DNA of 64,000 nucleotides from an uncultured Verrucomicrobiota bacterium (GTDB lineage Bacteria; Verrucomicrobiota; Kiritimatiellia; RFP12; UBA1067): NCBI GenBank assembly GCA_946623785.1, contig CAMORM010000001.1, positions 1,397 to 65,396 of the forward strand, read 5' to 3'. Shown piece by piece: positions 17,828 to 28,500 of this stretch (position 1 is its first letter; each line of letters starts with the position of its first letter). The notes under the pieces were generated by a model. It saw only the letters and a program-made list of their open reading frames with translations, ran no database searches and was not told where the DNA came from. The position numbers and the translations under genes were made by a program.

Positions 17828-20800
17828 ATGCCGGAGTTCCCCCTTTCAAGACCAGACCTCAAAGGAACCGAAGAGCCGCGCGAGCACCGCGGCAGTTCTG
17901 GCATGGACTTCGAGGGGGCCCGGCATTGGCGTCTGGTGCAGGTCCAGTACTACGCGAACCTCCAGCCATCGCAGATCGTCCGTGAGATGGACGCACCGGA
18001 CCGGGGGTGGGAGCCGGACCCTGCGAAGGGGGACGAGCATTCCCCGCGCGCGGAGAGGCAGGACGCAACGGCGGACGCGGACCGACAGAGGGAGAACACG
18101 GGCATCGTCACGGTGGACGAGCGGCGCTATGTCGTAGACCCCATCGTGGACGGCCACACCTTCACAGGCCTGTGGACGGGCGGGCCCATCCAGCACATCG
18201 TGACGCAGGGCCGGAAGGTGTTGCGCCAGACGCTGACGAGGACGTGGTGCGCCGGACACGGGTACACCGTCGCGGAGGACGGGGCGTACATCGCCGAGTG
18301 GCCCGCCTCGTTCGACGAGACGACAGGGGAACCCGCTACGTGGACGGAGGAGACGCCGGAGGGGTATGGCGGCGTCCACGGGACGAGCGGGAACAAGGAC
18401 AAGGAGCATTCCGACGCGCCTCCGGTGCGCGAGTACAGGGCGGCGAAGGACTGCCTCAAGGCGTGCCGTCCGTGGATGGAGGGGCGGCTCTCCCCGTACA
18501 TGGTCTTCCGGACGGACATCCCGTCCTCCTACACGCGCGAGGTCTACTGGCGCGAGTTCACGCACGAGTCCATCACTCCGCTCGAGCGTCTCGGCAAGGA
18601 CGTGGAGGCGCTCCGCGAGGTGGTCGCGTACCACTTCGGGGCCGAGGTCGCCGGGAACGTGCTTGACGCGCACACCCGCGTCGACCCGCAGACCAACACG
18701 GTCATCTTCGTCTGCTCGCTGCTCTACACGGAGCTTGCCGAGCCGGACACGCCGGACGAGCTGCTTAAGCTGCCGGTCATCGACGCGCCCTGCACGCGGG
18801 ACACCCTGCGGCTCTTCGGGTGGAACCAGCTTCGCAACGGCGAGGGGTACAAGTACACCCATGTGTTCCGGTGGCCGAGGCTCAAGGACACGTCGACCAC
18901 GCGCCGGACCATCGAGTTCATCAGGGACAACGCGGAGAATCTTGCCTCTTCGTTCCTCCCGAATCTGCTCAAGGCCCACGCGCACACTCCTGGAACGCCC
19001 GGATGGTGGGCGGACTACGAGGACGCCAAGGCGATCTCGCTCAATACGGACCAGCTCGACAATACGGGAAGGCTCGTCACCAGCCTCGAGGCTCCGACAG
19101 ACAAGGCGGCGCAGCACTACCGCATCGCCCAGCAGAAGGTGGACGTGGAGCAGGACGGCTCGCTCGCGTTCACCATCGCCATCGCGAAGACGGAGTGGCA
19201 CGGCTTCGACGACGGAAAGGACTACGAGAACGGCGGCCAGCGCCAGCTCGCCAGCGTGTCGGCACCGCAGGGGTACGGCATCACGGAGCATCGCGTCATT
19301 CCGTCCGTCCCGCGCGACAATGCCATCGCCACGATGAACGCCATCGAGGCGCGGAACGAGTACGAGCTCGTCACACAGAAGAGCCAGTCGGAGGGACAGG
19401 ATGGCGGGAGCGACGTATCGTTCCAGCGCAAGCCGCTCTACGACTACATCGATCCGGAGCACACGCCTCCGAACCTCGGACCCGGCACGGTCACGGGAAA
19501 CATCTTCAACGCGCCGCAGTACTCCTACGACCCGAACACGAACACCTACCGGCTCGGCTGGTCGTATGTCGCGCCGGGCAAGGTGCAGGCGCTCATCGAC
19601 GATGCGCGCGCCAAGCTCGGCGGCAATCCGATCGTCCGGACGGAGTACCACCAGGAGGGGTATTATTCCGTCAGCATCACGGGCAAGGGCAAGGAGCCGA
19701 AGCACGTCCCAGAGTGGTGCGTGTCGGCGGACTGGTTCAAGCACGAGACGGCGGAGTCATGGCTCGGCGTGACGGTGTACGAGGTCAACGGCGTTCCTCA
19801 GGGCTTCTACAAGGAGTACCGGAAGAACGCGGACGGCTCGTATGTTCTGGACGGAAACGGCAATCCGGTCCCGATCCAGTCGAGCCTCGTCCCGTTCGCG
19901 GAGATCCGCGGCGACCTCGACGCGGACTGGATGGGCAGCGACCCGCAGCGTCAGGGCGCCGGTCCGAGGGCCGCCGTGCTCCATGCGTCAACGGGAGTGA
20001 ACGACGCCAAGGTGCGAGTGCCCGTTTCTCACGCGGACGATCACGGAGACGGGTGGCGCGGAAGCAGCTGGAACGACCCGGACGATAGCGGAGACTATGC
20101 GGACAAGGCTCGCATTCACGCCATTACGAGCGTGCATCCTCGTCGCAACGATGACGGATCGTACGACATCTCAATCCGTAGGGTATACCCGCACCAGCGC
20201 GTGTGGGAGTGGGACACGGAAACGAGGAGCGGCAAGGGGGGCGAATGGAAGCCGGTGTACCATATTGAGTACAGAAACTGGCCAAGCCGCCATGCCATCA
20301 AGAAAGACCTCGTTGAGAGATGGGCCGCGCTGAAGGGCGTGAACCTGAATAGCGACGAATACATCTTCACGTTCTCTCCGAACGTCAACCAGTTCGGTCT
20401 TGTCGACGCGACCGACGTAAAGATAACGCCGCTGTTCTGGAATCCGAGCAAGGCGAAGGCGTCCACCGAGACTGGCGGGCTGGAGGATCTGTCGGAATAC
20501 CGCTTCTACGCATCGACAGCGAGACCGTCCAAAGCAAGGGTGTCGCCTGACAGCGTGGACCATGCCCCGCCTTTCGCGCCTCTGCTCGGGTTCTATTTCT
20601 GCGTCGAGAAGCTGCCGTGCTACGAGGGGCTGTTCAACGACTATTCTTCGGCGAAGACAGCATGGGACGCCCTTGAGGAGAAGTACGGCGAGGCGGACTC
20701 GTCGAGCAAGACGCCGCAGCAGGTCGGCAGCTCCACGAGATACCATTTCATCTATCGAGGCGGATGGCGTCGCGGGAAGATTGCCTATAACGGTATGATG

Positions 20801-20923
20801 CCTGTGGTGGCGAAGAACCAGCACGGACAGGGCGTAGGCTCTACCACGAAGCAGGGCATCAAGGGGCTCTCGCGGAAGACGTGGGAGCTTTGGTTCATGG
20901 GCGCGGAGAATGTCGGGAATTGA
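17828..20923 (+). CDS. large virion protein (1031 aa), function unknown
   Basis: AGGAGAGA ribosome-binding site; continuous codon bias; Trp/Tyr/Gly-rich segments. Confidence 0.45.
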   Translation: MPEFPLSRPDLKGTEEPREHRGSSGMDFEGARHWRLVQVQYYANLQPSQIVREMDAPDRGWEPDPAKGDEHSPRAERQDATADADRQRENTGIVTVDERRYVVDPIVDGHTFTGLWTGGPIQHIVTQGRKVLRQTLTRTWCAGHGYTVAEDGAYIAEWPASFDETTGEPATWTEETPEGYGGVHGTSGNKDKEHSDAPPVREYRAAKDCLKACRPWMEGRLSPYMVFRTDIPSSYTREVYWREFTHESITPLERLGKDVEALREVVAYHFGAEVAGNVLDAHTRVDPQTNTVIFVCSLLYTELAEPDTPDELLKLPVIDAPCTRDTLRLFGWNQLRNGEGYKYTHVFRWPRLKDTSTTRRTIEFIRDNAENLASSFLPNLLKAHAHTPGTPGWWADYEDAKAISLNTDQLDNTGRLVTSLEAPTDKAAQHYRIAQQKVDVEQDGSLAFTIAIAKTEWHGFDDGKDYENGGQRQLASVSAPQGYGITEHRVIPSVPRDNAIATMNAIEARNEYELVTQKSQSEGQDGGSDVSFQRKPLYDYIDPEHTPPNLGPGTVTGNIFNAPQYSYDPNTNTYRLGWSYVAPGKVQALIDDARAKLGGNPIVRTEYHQEGYYSVSITGKGKEPKHVPEWCVSADWFKHETAESWLGVTVYEVNGVPQGFYKEYRKNADGSYVLDGNGNPVPIQSSLVPFAEIRGDLDADWMGSDPQRQGAGPRAAVLHASTGVNDAKVRVPVSHADDHGDGWRGSSWNDPDDSGDYADKARIHAITSVHPRRNDDGSYDISIRRVYPHQRVWEWDTETRSGKGGEWKPVYHIEYRNWPSRHAIKKDLVERWAALKGVNLNSDEYIFTFSPNVNQFGLVDATDVKITPLFWNPSKAKASTETGGLEDLSEYRFYASTARPSKARVSPDSVDHAPPFAPLLGFYFCVEKLPCYEGLFNDYSSAKTAWDALEEKYGEADSSSKTPQQVGSSTRYHFIYRGGWRRGKIAYNGMMPVVAKNQHGQGVGSTTKQGIKGLSRKTWELWFMGAENVGN

Positions 20924-22191
20924 TGACGGACGAGGAAATCCAGAGCGCGATCGATGACGGAGCGAAGCGGGGCGATGAAGAGCTGTCCGCGCTTCGTCAG
21001 GAGTGCGCCAGGCTTGAGACGGAATCGTCGGGACTCCGGAACGAGCTTCGGACCGCTCTCCTCAGAATGGAGGCTCTCGAGAAAAGGCTTGAGGAGACTG
21101 CATCGGTAGCTGCGGAGGCCGCCGAGGCGGCAGCGAACGCGACTGCGACTGACGTGGGAGGCGGAGCCGAGAACGTAGAACCCGTGATGTCGGGGCCGGA
21201 CGAGCAGCCTCCGCCTACAGAGGACAGGGAGCCGTTCGCCTATCAGGTGATGGAGTCGGACGGCAAGGTGTACTGCTTTCTTCCGAAGAAGAAGGAGGAG
21301 GACGAGTCCGAGGGGAGCGTCACGTCCAGTTCGGACGATGACGAGGGAGCTTCCGAGTTCTGCGGAGGCGCATACGGCGGTCCGCACGTCGGATCGAGCA
21401 CGGACCCGATTGCGGAGGCAGGCTCGCCGCCACACGCGAAGGCTGGGTACAAGTCTAGTAGCGGCGCTAGCGGCGAGTCTAGCATCAGCGACGAGCCGGA
21501 ACAGCTGGATTTCTCGTGGGCGCACTACGGCTGGCACGAGGTCGGAGAGCTTGACACGTCCGGCAGCGGCGTGAATGACAAGATCGTTGTCGCTACATTC
21601 GACGTGCCGATCGACCCGCCAGAGGACCAGAGGTCTGGCGTGTCGGTAGAAGGGCCGAGCCTCTCGTCCATCGAGCTGATGGAGATTGACGATTGGAAGA
21701 GCGCCTGCAAGGACTCGTGGAAGGCGTTCGACGACCCTAGCGGCGAGTCCGTAGAGAGAAAGATTCCAATCGCGCTGATTGCCAACGGAATCGTGACGCA
21801 GCTCTGCGTAGGCGTTCCGTTCGTCGAGCGCGTATCGTCTCCAAAGGAAGAAGTTGAGACTCCGTGCCCTCCTACAATAACGGGGACAATCTCTGGGAGC
21901 GGCGTTGTCATCACGGTCCAGAACTACGAGAGGTCTGGCGATGATTGCGTTCCGACCACATCTGGGACTACGTTCATTCCGTTCGACGAGTTACAGATCG
22001 ACTGCGAGACGATCCGCGGATGCATCTCCGGCTCGACCGAGACCGTCGTGACGGACGTGTTTGTGAGCGGCGACGGCAATCTCTACAAGAAGGTCCGCAC
22101 GGCGAAGGCGCTGGCCTGGGGCGATCCGAGCGATGTAATGATCGTATCCGGCACGACGTGCGAGGACGGGGAAGGGAGCGTGACAGCCTGA
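20923..22191 (+). CDS. virion protein (422 aa) with N-terminal coiled coil and acidic Ser-rich linker
   Basis: TGATG overlap with the upstream gene. Confidence 0.45.
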   Translation: MTDEEIQSAIDDGAKRGDEELSALRQECARLETESSGLRNELRTALLRMEALEKRLEETASVAAEAAEAAANATATDVGGGAENVEPVMSGPDEQPPPTEDREPFAYQVMESDGKVYCFLPKKKEEDESEGSVTSSSDDDEGASEFCGGAYGGPHVGSSTDPIAEAGSPPHAKAGYKSSSGASGESSISDEPEQLDFSWAHYGWHEVGELDTSGSGVNDKIVVATFDVPIDPPEDQRSGVSVEGPSLSSIELMEIDDWKSACKDSWKAFDDPSGESVERKIPIALIANGIVTQLCVGVPFVERVSSPKEEVETPCPPTITGTISGSGVVITVQNYERSGDDCVPTTSGTTFIPFDELQIDCETIRGCISGSTETVVTDVFVSGDGNLYKKVRTAKALAWGDPSDVMIVSGTTCEDGEGSVTA

Positions 22192-22192
22192 G

Positions 22193-22810
22193 ATGCCGAT
22201 CGTCTTCCACAACGGCAAGCTGCTCTTCACGGCGGACGGCAAGCTCGCGATGAGCGAGGACTGCTGCTGCTGCCTCGACCAAGCGGCAACGGCAGCACTA
22301 TATGTGCGATATACCCTGCTGCCATTCGTCCTTCCAGAAAACACATCGTGCGAAGAGTTCTACGGATATAATCTCAGGCCTGTCCATACGATTGATCTGT
22401 CTCCGGGCGGACATTCCTCGTCGTCTGGAAAGGACGAATGGATGGACGAGAAATGCGGCGCTCCAGGCGAGATGTCGTTCGTGGATGTAGCTCGTTCGTC
22501 GACCGGCAGCGACCCGGACGCCTTTCCTTCCGAATCGTCTCACATAGATGTGAGAGAGACATACTCTGCGAAAGTGTTCAGGAAGTCGATTGCGACGATA
22601 GCTGTATGGCCGACGATAGCGCCAGCATACGAGCATCAAATTGGTAAGGACTGCGAGACAAAGGACAGAAAGTGGCTGTGGTACGCGACTAAGTTCGAAT
22701 ACTCGCTGGACGGAAACGCATGGGCGCAGCCGGTATCGACCGGATGGAATGCGACAACAAGAACCTACACGGCGGCTAGGCCGCACACGATCACGATACG
22801 GATTCCCTGA
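22193..22810 (+). CDS. hypothetical protein (205 aa) with a CCCC motif
   Basis: start abuts the upstream stop; codon bias. Confidence 0.4.
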   Translation: MPIVFHNGKLLFTADGKLAMSEDCCCCLDQAATAALYVRYTLLPFVLPENTSCEEFYGYNLRPVHTIDLSPGGHSSSSGKDEWMDEKCGAPGEMSFVDVARSSTGSDPDAFPSESSHIDVRETYSAKVFRKSIATIAVWPTIAPAYEHQIGKDCETKDRKWLWYATKFEYSLDGNAWAQPVSTGWNATTRTYTAARPHTITIRIP

Positions 22811-22812
22811 CT

Positions 22813-22856
22813 GGTGCGATACGGTGCTGGGATAGACTAGCGGAAAGGACAGAGAA
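22813..22856 (+). promoter_or_regulatory. conserved upstream motif GGTGCGATACGGTGC + TAGACT, copy 3
   Basis: 46-nt intergenic gap; same GGTGC-N5-GGTGC architecture as the sites at 1188 and 9742. Confidence 0.35.
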
Positions 22857-23471
22857 ATGGCTACGCAAGACGAACTTGAGAACCAGAACGCGGGCGGCGG
22901 CGCGAATACGGCTGCGGCCTCGTCCACGCCTCCTCCTCCGGCTCCCGTCGGGGCCGGTGTTGCAGCGCCTGCTGGCGTTGCGGCGAACAGCGATCCGGCG
23001 ACGAGAGCAGGGGCGCAGATGGTCGGGTCGGCCATCGACGCGGCGACGGCCCCAGGACAGAGCGTGACGGACGCGGCGAACGCGGCGGCCACGGAGTCCG
23101 AGCTTCGCGGCGTGGCGCAGGCTGTGACCGCGGCGGAGCGCTACCGCGCCTCGCGCGACGGGATCGAGTCCCCTCCGTCGGCGTGGGCGCAGGACCTCAA
23201 CGACCTCTATGGCGGTCTCGCACTCGCAGCGCAGCGAGCCGCAGAGCGCCTCGCGCAAGGCAAGCATGGGGCTGCCGCCGCGCAGGAGCAGCAGACTCAG
23301 ATGCAGACTGCAAGCACGCCGGATGATCCGTTCGCCATTTCGTCTCCGAAGCTGGCGTCCGCCGCACAGCCTGTCCAGAAGAGAGGAAAGATGGTGTTCG
23401 GCGCGCAGCAGAATTTCGCCTCGGAGGCGCAGGAGATGGCCAACGAATTCGTCGGCGGGTATTTCGCGTAA
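22857..23471 (+). CDS. Ala-rich hypothetical protein (204 aa)
   Basis: GGAAAGGACAGAGAA then ATG. Confidence 0.4.
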   Translation: MATQDELENQNAGGGANTAAASSTPPPPAPVGAGVAAPAGVAANSDPATRAGAQMVGSAIDAATAPGQSVTDAANAAATESELRGVAQAVTAAERYRASRDGIESPPSAWAQDLNDLYGGLALAAQRAAERLAQGKHGAAAAQEQQTQMQTASTPDDPFAISSPKLASAAQPVQKRGKMVFGAQQNFASEAQEMANEFVGGYFA

Positions 23472-23483
23472 GGAGAGACAGCC

Positions 23484-25559
23484 ATGCCATACACCGCATA
23501 CGGAACCGAATACCAAGACCTCGGTACCCACGACGCGTCGGAATATGCTTCGGCAGCGCGCAATCAGGCGCAGCAGCCGCAGCAGACCGCTCAAGGCGGT
23601 GGCTCTCCGTCTGGCGGAGGCCGCCAGCAGCGCCCCGTCACGATGAACCAAAACACCGTCGGCGCTGTCACGAGCGACGGGCAAGTCATCCAGAACCCCG
23701 GCTACACTCCGGACGCCAAGCGGCAGGACGCGTTCGACAACTACGCGCGAGCCGGGATGCGGAAGAACGCCGAGGCGTCACGTCAGCAGTACTTCGACAC
23801 AATCCGGGCGAACGAGTCGCTCCAGAACGACCAGTTTAAGCGCGGCGTGGACGAGGTGAACCAGCGTGGCTTCAACCTCTACGGCGTTCTGGACAACATC
23901 GACAAGGCGGGCGGCAAAGACCTTTCGCCGGAGCAGGGCCGGATGCTCGAAGCTGCGACCACCGACTTCGGCAAGCAGGTCGCGAAGAACTTTGGCTGGC
24001 AGTTCAACGGCGCGGAGTACGACTGGGACAATGGAACGTTCACGTTCCAGTTCCAGAACGACAAGGGGCAGATCGGCACGAAGACGATGAGCCGCGACGC
24101 TCTGAACGCGCAGATGATTAAGGCCGGGTACATCGACGATCCGGTCGAGGTCCGCAAGCGCGAGATGGAAGCGCAGGAGAAACAGCAGGCAGAGGCGCAG
24201 AAACAGGCGCAGTGGGCGGCCGAACTCGGGCTCAAGACCGAGGAGATGAACCGCAAGTTCGCCGCTATGGACGATGACCGGAAGGTCAAGATGGTCGAGG
24301 CGCTCAGCAAGTTCCAAGGCGAGGACGGCAATCTTACGGACACCGGCAAGCTCATCATGCAGCTTTTCCTCGGGCAGCAGGGCGGAGGCGGCGCTGGCGG
24401 ACAGCAAGGCGGCGATGACGGTGTAGCGCAGAAGCCTCCGTCCGCAGCCGCTGCAACATTCGGGACCGAAACCGGTTCCGGCGCTCGGACGGTGTCCCGT
24501 CGCGAAGAGCGCAATATGTCGTCCGATAGTGCAGAAATGGACGAGCAGCTCAACAATCAGCTCCGTGACGCGAACAAGACGAACGCGATGGCGAACACGC
24601 CGAGTCCTGGCGTCGGTAAGAGCAAGCCGGAACAACCGGCTGCAGAGCCGTCTAGCGCGGAGCCGCCCGCCGCGACGACTCAATCGTCTCGAACCGGCGT
24701 GACGAAGTTCGGCGGTTCTGCATCAAGCCAGCCGGAAGAAGTAGCATCCTCTGACGAGAAGAAGTACGGCGGCTACACGGTCGCCGAACTGGAAGCGAAG
24801 GAAAAGCGCTCCGGCGGCAACGGAGCGGGGCTCACGCAGGGGCAACGAGCGCTACTCGCGGCAAAGCGAGGCGAGGAGCTTTCCCAGGATCAGGTGAAGG
24901 CACTTCAGAAGGCGTATGGCAAGGAAGAGGCGAACGACATCGTGTTCGGACGTGAAAACGGATCGCTTGCCACTGCACAAAAGAACCGCAAAAAGGAGTT
25001 GGATACGGCAGTTGACCGTTCTTCCATCGACGCACTCAACGAACAGACGAAAGCAGGCGTCGACAAAATGAACGAGAGATACGCCCAGTATCGCGAACGG
25101 CAGGCCAAGAGAAAGGAAGATGCCGCGAGGGAACGGGAAGCCGAGCGCGCGAGAGAAATCGCTGATTTTGAACGCGAAAAGCGCGAGCGGGAGACGAAAC
25201 AGGCTGACTCAGCTATGGGGACATATCTTGGAAGGAATACCGCGAAAGCCGCAAGAGAAGTCGCGCGCGACAAGTCACGGCTTGACAGCGAGGCCGAACA
25301 GCGCAAGTTCAATGAACGAATTTCGAGAGCGCGGCAGATGGCGAACAGCGACAGATCTCGCTACACGGACGACATGAAGGCAGACGTCAAGGAGTTTCAG
25401 AGGGTTCGTTCCATCTACAACAACTACCTTGCCGCGACGAACAACCAAGGCAGCCTGACTCGCGAACAATCGGAGGCGCTTCGCGAATGGGAGAAGCTTC
25501 GCGACGCGAACGACCCGATGGCAAACTACATTCTTTCTTCCTCAAGAGACAAGGCCTAA
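23484..25559 (+). CDS. charged coiled-coil virion protein (691 aa)
   Basis: GGAGAGACAGCC then ATG; Gln/Glu/Lys/Arg-rich helical repeats (EAQEKQQAEAQKQAQ). Confidence 0.45.
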   Translation: MPYTAYGTEYQDLGTHDASEYASAARNQAQQPQQTAQGGGSPSGGGRQQRPVTMNQNTVGAVTSDGQVIQNPGYTPDAKRQDAFDNYARAGMRKNAEASRQQYFDTIRANESLQNDQFKRGVDEVNQRGFNLYGVLDNIDKAGGKDLSPEQGRMLEAATTDFGKQVAKNFGWQFNGAEYDWDNGTFTFQFQNDKGQIGTKTMSRDALNAQMIKAGYIDDPVEVRKREMEAQEKQQAEAQKQAQWAAELGLKTEEMNRKFAAMDDDRKVKMVEALSKFQGEDGNLTDTGKLIMQLFLGQQGGGGAGGQQGGDDGVAQKPPSAAAATFGTETGSGARTVSRREERNMSSDSAEMDEQLNNQLRDANKTNAMANTPSPGVGKSKPEQPAAEPSSAEPPAATTQSSRTGVTKFGGSASSQPEEVASSDEKKYGGYTVAELEAKEKRSGGNGAGLTQGQRALLAAKRGEELSQDQVKALQKAYGKEEANDIVFGRENGSLATAQKNRKKELDTAVDRSSIDALNEQTKAGVDKMNERYAQYRERQAKRKEDAAREREAERAREIADFEREKRERETKQADSAMGTYLGRNTAKAAREVARDKSRLDSEAEQRKFNERISRARQMANSDRSRYTDDMKADVKEFQRVRSIYNNYLAATNNQGSLTREQSEALREWEKLRDANDPMANYILSSSRDKA

Positions 25560-25562
25560 TCC

Positions 25563-28500
25563 ATGCCGATCGACAACATCAACGACCCGTGGCGCAACGA
25601 GGAGGAGGAGCCGGAGATCCAGGCCGCTCATCATCCCGTTCAACAGCAGCAGACGGAAGAAGGCAGCGACCTAGGAGGTCTGCCGGAAGTGTCTCGCGAA
25701 GAGCAGTCAAGAGTTTATCTTGACGCCCTTGCCAGGTCGCAAGGCGCAGAGAGGTTCGAGCAGGAGCAGAAGCCGGAGCCCGAACCAACGCAGAACGGAC
25801 CTTCTCCAAACGATATTGTCGAAGTCGCTGGGCAGCCTCAGCAGGAGACGCAAGAGCCTCCGCCGGACCCGTATGCGCCTACGTGGGAACAGAAGCACGA
25901 CATCCGTCACGTCGACTATGGGATGGGCATGGACGACGAGCGGAGGGCCCGCGACAAACTAGTAGACCAAATCAAGGCCCAAGTCCGTTTCGCACGCGAC
26001 CACGGGCAAGACGTGACGAACGAGGAGTGGGGAGACAACGAACAGATCGACGCCGTTCTGAACGGGTACGGAGTCAGAGAGAACTTTTCTCCAGAAGCCA
26101 CGGACATGTTGAACCGGTTTGCCGAACATGTCGGTGTCAAGTATCAGGCGGCGAAGGACGAGATGGGCCGCTTGGAGGGTGTAGTCAATACCGCGAAGAA
26201 CACGCTCAACCCTAACGCCATCGTTGAAGGATGGGCAGAAACGACGAAGACGCTCGGATGGATGACGGGAAGCGTGAGCGACCAGGACTTCGAGGACTAC
26301 CTTCTCGACAAGATGGACAAGGACGAACTTTCCCGCATCAGCGATCCTGGGAAGGTCGAGGGATTGAAGGACGTTCACGGCGTGCTTGATGCGTTTGCAC
26401 TCGTCGGAAACGTATTTGCCGAGCAGAGTTCCATCATTGCCGAGTCGATGATTGTTGCCGGTCTTTCAGCCGCAACCGGCGGAGCGGCGGCCGGTGCGTT
26501 CGGTGGAGCGAGGCTTGCCGCGCGCGAGGCGGCTGAAAAGGCCGTTCGGAAGGCCGCGCAAAAGGAAATTCGGAAGATTGCGGAGAAGAAGGCGCTCGAA
26601 GCGACGGCTCGCAAGGCCGGAGCGGCTGCGGCGAAGGCCGCAACGGAGGCGGCGGCACGCAAGGCTACGGCGAAGAGCATCGGTAGCAACATCGGCGCTC
26701 TCGTCGTTGACGCGCAGTTCAACCTCGGAAGCAGCGCAGAGCAGCGGATGAGCGAGGCGATGGCGCGCGGCTCAACGCACATCGACAAGGGTGCCGTGTT
26801 CGGGCAGGCGGCTGGGCGCACGTTTGCAGACTACTTCGGCCCGATCCGCAAGATGGCGACGCGTCCGTTCCGCGCCGGTACGACGATTCAGCAGATGGCG
26901 GCTGATGGCGTTCTCACGGACGCGCGGACGTTCGCCGGTGGCCTCGTCGGCGCTGGCGCTCGATATGCAAAGGACGCGTTTGGTGCGGGCCTCTCGTTCG
27001 AGGGCGAGACGATTTCAGACCGCATCACGAACAAGGTCATCAACGACACCTACCTGCTCAACGGCGAGCGAGATTGGACCGACGCATTTGCGAGCGACCT
27101 TGAAACGTTCGTCAAGGGCGGCATCATGTCCGTCACCGGAATCCCGAGCCTCGCTCGGCGCTCGTTCGCAGAAGTCCAGATGAACCGCGCCGTTGACGCG
27201 TTCGCCGACACGAATGGTGCCGCGTTTGACAACGCGTTCGCCAAGTCCCGCCGCGAGCGCGACACTTTTGCAAGTCCCGGATTCCGCTCGCTCGACCTCA
27301 CGTCGCAGCGCTCGATTCTGGAAATGAACCGTCTCAAGGCAAAGCTGGACCAAGAGAACAATCTGGCGAAGAGCGGCACCGCAGGTGAAATCGGGGAGGC
27401 GGCAGGAAACGCGTTCCAGATTCAGAACCAGATCGACAAGCTCCGCGAGACGCTCTCGCCTGAAGGCCGCAAGTGGGTCGATGCGTACAACAGCCAGTTC
27501 AACAGGCCAGGTGTCGGGATGCAGGATTTCGACAAGGCTGTCAAGTCAGACCCGAATGTCGCCGCAAAACTGCAAACGGAATACGCGCCCGACGTGAGCG
27601 GCGTTGACCAAGTGGTTGACTGGGTGTCGAAGCTCGTCGGAAAGGAACTTTCCTACGACAACATCCGCAACGCGGCGAACGAGAACGGCGGTCTTGTCAT
27701 CGACTCCGGCAACGTCCGCATCCGCATCGACGATGGGCTTGAGAACGGGCTCGTCGTTTCCGTCTGCCGAACGGACGGCGGGCCGATGGCAGACACCTAC
27801 GTGAGCGAGTTCCGGCAGGCCGACTTCGCAGAAGATGGCGAGTCCGTTGACAGCTCCGACGCGTTCTACAAGACGTTGCAGGCGGCGACCGGATGCGCCC
27901 GCAAACTCTCCTCGTGGGCGAAGTGGTCTGACGCGCAGACATACGGACGCGATATGTCGTTTGCGAACGCTTTGGCGCAGAAGTCTGGACGCAACGTGAC
28001 CATCATCCGCTCTGCGCGCGACCTTGTGAATGCTGGTCTCGTCGACGAGAGAGGAATCTTCAAGGGAAGCAACGAGCAGGTTCTCGGAGATCTCCCGAAC
28101 GGGCTCAACGGAAAGTGGCGCGGCGTCACGACCGGCGACGGACACATCTACGTGAATGCGTCGGCGTACCGGAGCCCCGCCGAACTCGCCGCAATCATCG
28201 ACCACGAATCGTTCCACAGCCGTTTCATCGAGATGGTCAAGAACGGAGTCGGCGAGAAAGAAGCGCAGAAGATCGCAGCCGATTTCGAGCGCAAATACGG
28301 AAGGCCGCTTTCTGCCGACAATCTCAAGCGGGCGATGAAGGCAACGATCCTCGGCGTCGAATTGACCGCCGACGATTTTGCCGGGTTGAACGACGATGCC
28401 GTCGACCAGAAGCTCGCAAAGACACTTACGAAGAAACTCGACGATGCTCTTGTGTCTCGCGAAGAGCGCCTAGCATATGATTCGGAAGGAATGATTCCGC

